The notes below the pieces were generated by a model that was not told where the DNA came from, searched no databases, and saw nothing but the letters and a program-made list of their open reading frames with translations. DNA of 61,230 nt, from the IMG/VR virus record IMGVR_UViG_3300007734_000738, positions 1 to 61,230 of that record; one strand, written 5' to 3'. Source of the stretch: a virus. Lineage: Duplodnaviria; Caudoviricetes. A program made the position numbers and the translations under genes. Positions 45,426 to 53,025 of the stretch are shown one piece after another (position 1 is the stretch's first letter; the number at the start of each line of letters is the position of its first letter).

Positions 45426-46506
45426 TTTCCAAATTATATATTTCTTTTTTGATATTTGCAATCTCTTTTTTGAGTTCACTTGCCCGTCGTTTTGCCTTGA
45501 CTCGCTGGTTGAATAAATCCCGGTATACCTGCAAAAATGATGGACCAATGTGAGGAGGGCGCAATTCTTGGTTGAGAATAATCATTGGATAGTACGACGT
45601 CACGTCGAAATCCATCAACACATAGTCGTCGGTCGCCTCGACCACCTGGCATTCTTCTGTCGAATGCAATCCCCCAATGCCCATTTTGAACGTGGCGGTC
45701 CCTGTCGTGAGTGTTTTATTCGCGAGCGCTTTCGGCATAAGGACTGATCCTTTGTCGTTCACGACGAACTCGGACTGCCGAACCGCATCGAGGACATCGA
45801 ATCGGCGAAACGTCATCCAGTCTGGGATCGTATACTGGTATTTATTACCCGCAAGATCACCAGGTTTGAACACCCGTTCGCCCACAATCTTTTCACACTC
45901 GCTGCGAATCACAGCCTCGGCCACCTGGGCATCGGACTTGCTCCGGAGATCGATGCCGTAGGTCGCCGACATCTGTTCACGCAATTCGAGTTGTACCTTC
46001 AACGAGCGATAGAGATCGGTCGTCGTCTCTAAGTCGTTCGAACAATACTCCGTAAGAATCGCGATCTGCTCCGGCGTGACGTGGGTGTCGTGCTGAATGG
46101 GCAATTCCTGAATGAACCGCGAGTGCATCCTGCCGCCATAGAGTTTCAGACTGCCCGCCATCGGCGCCACGTCCATCAGGTCGACGTGATCGAGCCCCGT
46201 CGGGTTCAACTTCACGTTGAATTCTTTCTCGAAGTGCCACGGTTTCAGATGATGCACAATGATCCGGTTGCTGGCCTTCTTGATCTCCTCCGCCGTGGCG
46301 CCCTTCAATGCGAGCATCAGGATAGGGATGTCATACCCCTGGCCGTTAAACGTGATCAACCGATGTTCTCGGATGACCTTCCGAAGCGCCGGTAGATCCA
46401 TCGGATGTTCGAACTTGAATTCTTCGCGCGTCTCAACATTCCGGAAATAAAACAGGGTCCAATTCCAGAAGACTTCACTGTCAAAGACGAGGACCGGTCG
46501 AGTCAT
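45391..46506 (-). CDS. Family B DNA polymerase, N-terminal half (exonuclease plus motif A)
   Basis: VFDSE, TFNGQGYDIP, YCSNDL, DFDVTSYYP, then RVKAKR and a heptad-like tail ending at TAG. Confidence 0.9.
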   Translation of the reverse strand: MTRPVLVFDSEVFWNWTLFYFRNVETREEFKFEHPMDLPALRKVIREHRLITFNGQGYDIPILMLALKGATAEEIKKASNRIIVHHLKPWHFEKEFNVKLNPTGLDHVDLMDVAPMAGSLKLYGGRMHSRFIQELPIQHDTHVTPEQIAILTEYCSNDLETTTDLYRSLKVQLELREQMSATYGIDLRSKSDAQVAEAVIRSECEKIVGERVFKPGDLAGNKYQYTIPDWMTFRRFDVLDAVRQSEFVVNDKGSVLMPKALANKTLTTGTATFKMGIGGLHSTEECQVVEATDDYVLMDFDVTSYYPMIILNQELRPPHIGPSFLQVYRDLFNQRVKAKRRASELKKEIANIKKEIYNLENEKTQSHLSPA

Positions 46507-46895
46507 CGGAATCGCGCCCATTGGCTGAGTAACCATGGCGACATACGTTCGGTCAGGTGATGATCTGCGAGATACACCGTATCCTTACTAGCTCCTCGTA
46601 CACCCGGGTCATGGTGCAGATTCCCTCGTTCGGTTGCGACGGATGCGGCATACACGAGAATCGAACCGTTCTCTTCTTTGCCAACATAGACCTGTTGACC
46701 CCATGAAACTGTGCGCACACGCAGTTTCATTCCCTCAACGACTGAGGTGAAAATTGTTCGGACAATCTGATCAACGTTACGTCGTGTGTCGCACCAGATC
46801 ACTACCGTGGCGTGTTCCTTCGTGACGACACGCAAGGCTTCCTGTACCATGCGTGTCGTGCGGCCGGTGCCTCGGAGATGTTTGAACGGATCCAC
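46503..46895 (-). CDS. Hypothetical protein with P-loop-like RGTGRTT
   Basis: GTG start near 46895; ATGA overlap with PolB. Confidence 0.5.
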   Translation of the reverse strand: MDPFKHLRGTGRTTRMVQEALRVVTKEHATVVIWCDTRRNVDQIVRTIFTSVVEGMKLRVRTVSWGQQVYVGKEENGSILVYAASVATERGNLHHDPGVRGASKDTVYLADHHLTERMSPWLLSQWARFR

Positions 46896-46896
46896 C

Positions 46897-47532
46897 TCAG
46901 TGCTCCTGCCCGTTCTTACTGATCTCGACATCCTCCGACACGAGTTCAACCTTCGGCCACGCCGGCTGCGGCGCGTACGGCATTTTCCGCACGAGCACCG
47001 AGATCGTCTCATGTGCCTGCGCATTGTACTGTTGCTGCTGGAACAGTGCCTGCTCCAGCATTTGTACTTCGAGACGTTTCTCCTGGAGGGTCTTCGCCAG
47101 ATGGCGATTCTCGCTGGTGAGCGAGATCATCGCCGCGGTCTGATTGCTGAGTCCCTCACGGAGATCGTAAATCTCTCGTTCCGAATCCGCGATCGTGACC
47201 GCGTGCTTCTTCATGGGATGTCCTTCCTCCTGACTCCGGTCGTGTTCGGCCGGTTGGTCCGGATTCTTCGGAATGATAAATGTGCGCGACTGGTTCTTCT
47301 TGAGTTTCGCCATGAGCATCTTCACGATGTCGGCGGCATTATAGCCGGCTCGCCACGCGCCGTCAAGTGCTAAAATGATGACGTCGATCCATTCTTCGAG
47401 ATCGGTCGGCTTGGCGAAGAGTTCGTCCAGTTCTTTCCGAATGTGATTGACCGGCCGCGTGGAGAAGGCTCCCTCACCGAACGTCTTTTGGCTCCATCGA
47501 ATGTGCTCTCGGATGTAGGTACGTAAATTCAT
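46897..47532 (-). CDS. dATP/dGTP pyrophosphohydrolase (DUF550, MazG-like) with a coiled-coil C-terminal extension
   Basis: WSQKTFG...VNHIRKELDEL...PTDLEEWIDVIILALDGAWRAG. Confidence 0.8.
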   Translation of the reverse strand: MNLRTYIREHIRWSQKTFGEGAFSTRPVNHIRKELDELFAKPTDLEEWIDVIILALDGAWRAGYNAADIVKMLMAKLKKNQSRTFIIPKNPDQPAEHDRSQEEGHPMKKHAVTIADSEREIYDLREGLSNQTAAMISLTSENRHLAKTLQEKRLEVQMLEQALFQQQQYNAQAHETISVLVRKMPYAPQPAWPKVELVSEDVEISKNGQEH

Positions 47533-47726
47533 AGCGCCTCAAATCCTTCTGTGTCAGGTTTACAAACATGACGCGCACGTTCTTCAGTGTAGAGACAACT
47601 GGTCCCATCGTTGAACGCCTCCCAATGCAGATCGTCTTCTCCGCACCGATTGCAGGTGATCAGTTTCGCGGTGGGACATTCCCATTCCGCATCATCATGA
47701 AATAACGCGTCAGCCATCTCACCCAT
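47529..47726 (-). CDS. Small Zn-finger-like protein
   Basis: MGEMAD...TCNRCGEDDLHW...HVC. Confidence 0.6.
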   Translation of the reverse strand: MGEMADALFHDDAEWECPTAKLITCNRCGEDDLHWEAFNDGTSCLYTEERARHVCKPDTEGFEAL

Positions 47727-47744
47727 ACAACACCTCTCCTTATT

Positions 47745-47937
47745 GGCTCGGGTGCGGTCTTGCTCACGCTGTAGTTAGCTCGTACGGTTCGCGAAACCCC
47801 CGGCTTGTAGGGGTCACTTCATGCGTCCGACCTTGTTGCGCTTTTTCCCGACCGCCCCGTGCTCTCGGCATAGTCCCCCAATTGCTGACGGGTTTGAACC
47901 GCCACCGAAAGTTACCGCGCTGGGTTTGACCCGAGCC
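47745..47937 (-). ncRNA. Candidate structured ncRNA (193 nt), family unknown
   Basis: Closing stem GGCUCGGGU/ACCCGAGCC, T-arm-like UGGCGG-UUCAAAC-CCGUCA, internal GCGGUC/GACCGC; fills an ORF-free gap. Confidence 0.55.
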
Positions 47938-48016
47938 TCTAGAGGGTTACGGAGGACGCATCTGCAGGTGTGGGGCTCTTAACCTTACCTCCGGGGGATG
48001 CGTCCTCCGAGGTCGC

Positions 48017-48412
48017 CTATTCGACGACCAGCGGTCCGAGGAGTTTGAACTCCAATGCTTCGAGTCCCTTTTCACCATCCCCAAACGAGGTCAACGTGAT
48101 CGGTGCCACGTTGACCTCCTGGGTCTGTTCACAGTAGGCTTCCCATTCCTTCGCAAACTCCTTGTAGGCCGGCGTGTTCTCCCCGAGTTGCCATCCTACC
48201 GAAATCGTATTTGCTTCGTCGGTGAACTGCTCGCTGCCATACTTTTGCACCAATTCAATTCGATGTTCTTCGATCGGCGTAAACGCCTTTTCCAAGGCGT
48301 CGTGGAGACGTGCAATCTTGAACTTCGCCGTCATCGGGATCTCTCGCTTGCCACCCATCAGCATGTTGGCGCCACGATAGCCGCAATGAATTTGTCCGTA
48401 GGTGAGGATCAT
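48017..48412 (-). CDS. Hypothetical protein
   Basis: 131 aa; RIELVQKYG pattern; RBS. Confidence 0.65.
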   Translation of the reverse strand: MILTYGQIHCGYRGANMLMGGKREIPMTAKFKIARLHDALEKAFTPIEEHRIELVQKYGSEQFTDEANTISVGWQLGENTPAYKEFAKEWEAYCEQTQEVNVAPITLTSFGDGEKGLEALEFKLLGPLVVE

Positions 48413-48591
48413 ATTAAGTCGTCTCCTTCTTTCGTGTAGTGAGATTTAGGTGCCACATAGACCGCCGATCCCATGGTGCCGTCTGCGTACCGAAGAATAC
48501 AGAGAAAATGTTCCTCCAATTCCTCAATCGCGATCGGCCATCGGTGTGTCTCTCGCAGTGCCGGATCGACGGCTATGAGTTTGATCTGCAT
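48409..48591 (-). CDS. Small hypothetical protein
   Basis: MQIKLIAVDP...; overlaps the next start. Confidence 0.45.
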   Translation of the reverse strand: MQIKLIAVDPALRETHRWPIAIEELEEHFLCILRYADGTMGSAVYVAPKSHYTKEGDDLI

Positions 48592-48622
48592 GGTCTTACT
48601 CTGCGGTTGCCAGATCCGTGGT

Positions 48623-48680
48623 CGGCGCTTCGACGACGGGCGCTTCGACGACGGGCGCTTCGACGACGGGCGCTTCGACG
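48623..48680. repeat. 15-bp tandem repeat (GGCGCTTCGACGACG, about 4 units; VVEAP in the minus frame)
   Basis: Directly visible in the sequence. Confidence 0.9.
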
Positions 48681-48685
48681 GCATC

Positions 48686-49192
48686 CTACTCGACGGCCGG
48701 GGGCTCAACCTCCTGTGCCGGCACACCGGCGTCGAGTAGGATGCCGTCGATTGGGGCCTCGATCGGCGTCGCCGAAATCTCCGGTGCGGTCTCAACGACC
48801 GAGGGGAGGCCCAGCGCACAGGGACCAGCACACAGGTCGTAGCGGTCTTGAATCGCCACCAATCCGCGCACGATCCCGATCGAGATCGCGTAGGCGTCTT
48901 GCTGTGACGCGGTCAGATCTTCAAAGGGCGCGAGATTGGGATGGCGTTTCCCGACGACATCCAACTCTCCGTACTGCCACCCTTCCAGGTGGATCATCTC
49001 GCTCATCCAGGCGTTGTGGAGCGACTTGGGCGTCGACGCCGGTTCGGCGAGCAGGACGTTGACCAGAAACACCGACAACTTTCGTTGCCGATCTGTCAGG
49101 TCGTCCCAGTGCACACCCGGATTGCCGATTTGTTCCGCGTGTGCGGCCATTGCTTCTCTGCAGACCTGTGCCATATGTCGTACCTTAATCAT
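48686..49192 (-). CDS. RyR-domain phage protein
   Basis: TPKSLHNAWM......GWQYG..D...KRHPNLAPFEDL..SQQ. Confidence 0.75.
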   Translation of the reverse strand: MIKVRHMAQVCREAMAAHAEQIGNPGVHWDDLTDRQRKLSVFLVNVLLAEPASTPKSLHNAWMSEMIHLEGWQYGELDVVGKRHPNLAPFEDLTASQQDAYAISIGIVRGLVAIQDRYDLCAGPCALGLPSVVETAPEISATPIEAPIDGILLDAGVPAQEVEPPAVE

Positions 49193-49212
49193 GTGTGCAT
49201 CTCCTTGTTGGT

Positions 49213-49311
49213 TGGTGGAGCCGGCGGAGTCCAACCGCTCTTCTCCGTCCTGTCACGGGGATCGCCCATGATCCAGTTGACGGAGCGTGCTCGCGTTACA
49301 CGAATGGCCCC
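49213..49311 (-). ncRNA. tRNA-like RNA with Ala-type acceptor (G3-U) and encoded CCA, no anticodon loop
   Basis: GGGGCC...GGCUCC-ACCA; D-like arm CGUG/CACG; extended bulged arm CUCCGUC/GACGGAG; T-like arm GCGG-UUGGACU-CCGC. Confidence 0.72.
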
Positions 49312-49316
49312 GTGAA

Positions 49317-49540
49317 TTAAAAGGACTCGGGCTTCGCGATGCTGCGCGTCAACCCCATGAATCCCGTCTGCAAATTCGTCGCGCCGAGTGAGACCCAACG
49401 CTTGTCGGTGTCTGGTAACAGCTTCAACTCCCCACCAAGCTTCCCACTTCAGCGCCGAGCATCTTGATCGTGTTCATGATCGCGATTTCATGCTCGGTGA
49501 GTTCGCGATAACCCTTGATCTTCCGATGCTGGTTGTCCAC
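49317..49540 (-). CDS. acb2: Acb2-like anti-CBASS nucleotide sponge, 1-nt frameshift in a G4 run (49430-49433)
   Basis: AAGGAGG-GTG; MDNQHRKIKGYRELTEHEIAIMNTIKMLG..., then -1 frame DKRWVSLGATNLQTGFMGLTRSIAKPESF*; both halves match Acb2 as I recall it. Confidence 0.8.
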
Positions 49541-49652
49541 AACGTCCTCCTTGAATAGTGGGATGCGCGAGCCCCTTGATGACGTGACCACCTCGGTGTA
49601 TGCCGAGGATCACGGCGGAGTCGCCGCCACCACTCCACGCATCCCGGTTTCT

Positions 49653-50234
49653 TTACACCAAATCGTCGGCTTCTGATTCGAGCGCTTCCATCCCCTCTGC
49701 GTTGGCCGGTCCGCTTCCGCTGAAGCTGTCCCCGTCCTTCACGAACTGCACGGTGACCAAGGTAGCGCGAATGGCCTTGCCAAACTGGTTGTCCTGCGCC
49801 CACAGTTGCACCTTCGCGTTCACGAAGCAACCTCCGTACGGCTTCCCGGAATCGGAGGCCAGTTCGCTGAGATCGCGGTCGAGAAGTTTCGGCGCCCCGT
49901 CATCTTTACCACGACCGGCGGACAGCGCCATGTTGCCGGCGAAGCCGTCATAGGCCTTCGTGTTGCCGTCGACGTAGCAGAACTTCCCGCTGCCCGAGGC
50001 CTTGGCCTGCGCCACGATCGGGGCGGCCTTCTCGCCCCACTTGTTCTTGCCGGCCTTCTCGATGGCCGTCAGAATGGCCTTGTCGGCCTCACTCCCTGGC
50101 GTGACCAAGAACACCGCCTTGTAGTTGAACGGTCCCTTCCCGTCGAACTGCACCGCTTCGCGCAGATCGGGGAACGCCAACCGGACGTTTTTGATAATGA
50201 TCGTGGTATCGGAACCTTTGACAGCCTCTGACAT
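49653..50234 (-). CDS. Single-stranded DNA-binding protein (DUF2815)
   Basis: NVRLAFPDL, PYGGCFVNA...WAQDNQFGKAIRATL..VQFVKDGDSFSG, acidic tail. Confidence 0.88.
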   Translation of the reverse strand: MSEAVKGSDTTIIIKNVRLAFPDLREAVQFDGKGPFNYKAVFLVTPGSEADKAILTAIEKAGKNKWGEKAAPIVAQAKASGSGKFCYVDGNTKAYDGFAGNMALSAGRGKDDGAPKLLDRDLSELASDSGKPYGGCFVNAKVQLWAQDNQFGKAIRATLVTVQFVKDGDSFSGSGPANAEGMEALESEADDLV

Positions 50235-50262
50235 AATACAATCCTCCTTGGTGATGAATGAA

Positions 50263-50523
50263 TTAAAACGTCTTGGACTCGAACTTCTTGATGGCCGCGA
50301 GCGCGACGTCGTAATCGCCTTGAAACAGCACGTCCGTGACGTCGACAGACACGCGCTTTCGCCGATCCTCTCGGGCACACTGCAGGCGATACGCGCGGAG
50401 GTCATACGCCTTCAGCTTCTTCCGCAACGCCCGAATTGCTTGTGGATCTTTCGGAGTTGGGATTTCCCGGAATCGCACGGCACGTATTCGCTCTTGCAGA
50501 TACTTGAATGCTTGCGGTGTCAT
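50263..50523 (-). CDS. Hypothetical protein
   Basis: GGGGGAGG RBS; ATGA overlap. Confidence 0.55.
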   Translation of the reverse strand: MTPQAFKYLQERIRAVRFREIPTPKDPQAIRALRKKLKAYDLRAYRLQCAREDRRKRVSVDVTDVLFQGDYDVALAAIKKFESKTF

Positions 50524-51887
50524 ATGAGATCCTCCCCCGTGTCGACGACCTCGCGTGTGACACTCGACACGTTGGCGACAGTCCCAATCGCTGCGAGATC
50601 TGCCACGGCCTCTGCGAAGGCCGTGTCATGCGCATCAATCACGGCCTCAAATCCCTCTTCCGCCTTCTCTAGCATGTATTCCGCGCGCTTGTCGCTAACC
50701 GGTGCGACGTGAATCGATCCCTCCGCCTGTGCGTAGAGTGCCTTCAACGTCTCCCACCGACCGGGGCTCTTCTTCGCTAGGAGTTTCTCGGCATCCGTCG
50801 GGCTGATGATCGCATAGTTGTACATCTCGTCTTTCTTAAGACGAAAGACTTTCATCTGCGCTTCCACCGCCGTCTTGTCCGTCCACTGCCGGTTGCCCTT
50901 CTTGCCCTGCACCAACTTGAACCCGGTGACGGGGCGACCGGCGAGGAGTTCCACTTCGGTGGCACCGCGGACCCCTTTGATCCACAGTTCGGCGAGATCT
51001 GCGATCTCCATGAACCGCCCCAAACGATCGGGCGTGGGGAGTTCCGATACCCCATCAACCTTGGTGATAAATCCGGTCGCGGTGAACGGCGCCGGATCGA
51101 GCATGCCGAACCCTGACGTCATATAGTTCACCACCAGATCCGTCAAGGCCGGACACGTCGACTTGGCTTTACAGAACCGACAGGCCTTCTCACTGGGCGT
51201 ACGTGGAAGCCCTTTCGTGAGCGTCCAGACCCCGGTGGTGGGATCAATATAGGACACCCGTTTCGCCGTGGTCTTGACGACCTCCCCAAACGCGAGCAGC
51301 TCCACCATCGGCACCACCCAGTCGGAGTTACCGCCGTTGCGCGGTTGCGAGATCGCAATGCGCACCGTGTCGTAGTCGTCCTGCACTTGATGCTTCTCGA
51401 TGACACCCAAGGCGTACATCATGGCCTGCCGGTTCTGCTCCGGCGAGACGACGACCCCGCGCCCGAACTTCAGATCCCCCACAAACAGTTCCCGATCGGT
51501 GCGCAGCACCACCGCGTCGCTGGTCCCGATCGCATCCGGTTCGCCGGTGAGATGGGTGAGCGGCACCTCTTCTTCTGCGAGTAGAATCCCATCTTCGTCC
51601 CGATGGGACCGGACAAAGTCCACATAATTCTGGACGAAGGCGGCGTTCTCCTCCGTCAGAATCGCCCCGCTCAACATGGGGCGCCCCACGAGGTCCTCGG
51701 CGTGGAGGTTTTCCTCCAGGCATACCGCCGCGACTTCGTGATGGTCCGTGCCCTCCTCCGCATACGCCGACGTGACGTTCGGGAGGCCGGCTTGGGCCTC
51801 GGTCGATCCGAGACAGGTCATCCAGGTATCGGCCTTGGAGGGGCCGAGTACTGCGTGCTTGCTTTTTTCTGGTACGTCGAGCATCAC
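50520..51887 (-). CDS. DUF2800 / Cas4-like PD-(D/E)xK exonuclease
   Basis: HAVLGPS..W..C.GS, AEEGTDHH, GTSDAV, DLKFGRG, QAMMYALG, QPR, CRFCKAKSTC. Confidence 0.88.
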   Translation of the reverse strand: MMLDVPEKSKHAVLGPSKADTWMTCLGSTEAQAGLPNVTSAYAEEGTDHHEVAAVCLEENLHAEDLVGRPMLSGAILTEENAAFVQNYVDFVRSHRDEDGILLAEEEVPLTHLTGEPDAIGTSDAVVLRTDRELFVGDLKFGRGVVVSPEQNRQAMMYALGVIEKHQVQDDYDTVRIAISQPRNGGNSDWVVPMVELLAFGEVVKTTAKRVSYIDPTTGVWTLTKGLPRTPSEKACRFCKAKSTCPALTDLVVNYMTSGFGMLDPAPFTATGFITKVDGVSELPTPDRLGRFMEIADLAELWIKGVRGATEVELLAGRPVTGFKLVQGKKGNRQWTDKTAVEAQMKVFRLKKDEMYNYAIISPTDAEKLLAKKSPGRWETLKALYAQAEGSIHVAPVSDKRAEYMLEKAEEGFEAVIDAHDTAFAEAVADLAAIGTVANVSSVTREVVDTGEDLI

Positions 51888-51893
51888 GCCTCC

Positions 51894-52259
51894 TTATACG
51901 AGCGGCAATTCCGCGTTGGCTTTGGTCACGAACTCACCATACTGTGCCGCCTGCAGTTCTTTGCCGTTCTTGACGCCGAACGTCCCGAGCAGCGCCACGA
52001 CTTTCGGCTTGCCGTGCTTGCTCACTAATTTCGGAATGAGATCGGCGATCGTGGCGTAGGGGATCACACCCTCGACGGGCTTCTCGGCGGCTGCCGATGC
52101 CGCAGGGGTGGTGACTGTTGTCGGTTCGGTGGGTGCCGTCTTCTTCGACGCCTTCGGTTCGACGGCCGCTTCACTCGGGCTCGTCTTCCCACCAAGAAAC
52201 TCACGCATGGTCGCGTGAATATCACTCACCGTTGCCGCACTAAATGAGACTTCAATCAT
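51894..52259 (-). CDS. Conserved hypothetical protein preceding DUF2800
   Basis: GAGGAGG RBS; C-terminal LLGTFGVKNGKEL...YGEF. Confidence 0.7.
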   Translation of the reverse strand: MIEVSFSAATVSDIHATMREFLGGKTSPSEAAVEPKASKKTAPTEPTTVTTPAASAAAEKPVEGVIPYATIADLIPKLVSKHGKPKVVALLGTFGVKNGKELQAAQYGEFVTKANAELPLV

Positions 52260-52314
52260 GGAATCCTCCTCGGGTGATGTAATTAAGAGATCGCTCGCCA
52301 CGTCAACGGGGCGA

Positions 52315-52388
52315 AGTTTACAGGATGTGAATATCGGTTGTCAAGCGTTATTTTCTCCTTGACACGGATGTGATCGTCTTGTTATGCT
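52315..52388. promoter_or_regulatory. Back-to-back sigma70-like promoters
   Basis: Rightward TTGACA(52359)-18-TATGCT with TG extension; leftward TTGACA(52344)-18-TAAACT; at the strand switch. Confidence 0.7.
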
Positions 52389-52417
52389 ATGCGCCTTACA
52401 ATATGGAGGGCGAGATC

Positions 52418-52669
52418 ATGACGTACTTATTGTGGATCTATCTACTCGGGGTCGTCCCGTCCGGTGTGCTGGTAGCGGGATGGCTGGTCGCCTATACGCA
52501 AGGTGTGTTTCCATCCCTCGCACAGAAGGCGTATACCTCAGATATGGCCCACGCGATTCTCATAGGGGTCGCCGGGGGATTCCTCTGGCCGATCCTCCTT
52601 CCGGTCGTGTATAGTCTGACCGAGCGCGCGCAATGTGGATGGTCGCTTCAGAGAGGGGGCGCCCGATGA
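52418..52669 (+). CDS. Small 2-TM membrane protein
   Basis: GGAGGGCGAGATC leader; two hydrophobic segments. Confidence 0.6.
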   Translation: MTYLLWIYLLGVVPSGVLVAGWLVAYTQGVFPSLAQKAYTSDMAHAILIGVAGGFLWPILLPVVYSLTERAQCGWSLQRGGAR

Positions 52670-53025
52670 GTATGACGGTGCGACATCGCTACTGCATCCA
52701 CGACAGTTCGCCTGCGGGCTTGCTTCGATTCGCGCGACGGGCTGCGGATCGGGCCGTGGAATGTCTTGGCAATTTTGAGTTCGGTCAGGCGCGTCGCCAT
52801 TTGGCGAGCATCATCGAACTGCTGGCCGCGCTTGCAGAGGAACTGGAGCCACCCCATGTCTCCTAAGAAATCTTTTGTCCTGTTTCCTCGTACCACGCCC
52901 CGTCGCACCAAGGCGGGCGTCGCGATGAAAGTCGCACGATTGGTGACACACAGTGCGCACTTGTTCCCTGGCGTGCCGGCGCCGGTGGTAGTACCGAAAC
53001 GGGCGTATCGTCGAAAGGACAAGTC

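Noticed and set aside
47745-47937. Permuted tmRNA or true tRNA
   Set aside because: The T-arm-like hairpin is not followed by an acceptor strand with CCA, and there is no convincing tag frame; kept only as an unassigned ncRNA.
48686-48688. Genome-wide TAG reassignment
   Set aside because: TAG ends several coherent genes (terS 5574, giant protein 36769, thyX 42355) and long ORFs are intact under the standard code.
48409-48831. ORF reading the 15-bp repeat as PSSKR
   Set aside because: The VVEAP frame continues the upstream acidic tail better, and this ORF's 5' part overlaps the RyR gene.
50520-51887. Cas4-like protein as evidence of CRISPR
   Set aside because: DUF2800 nucleases next to a DUF2815 SSB are a standard phage replication and recombination module.
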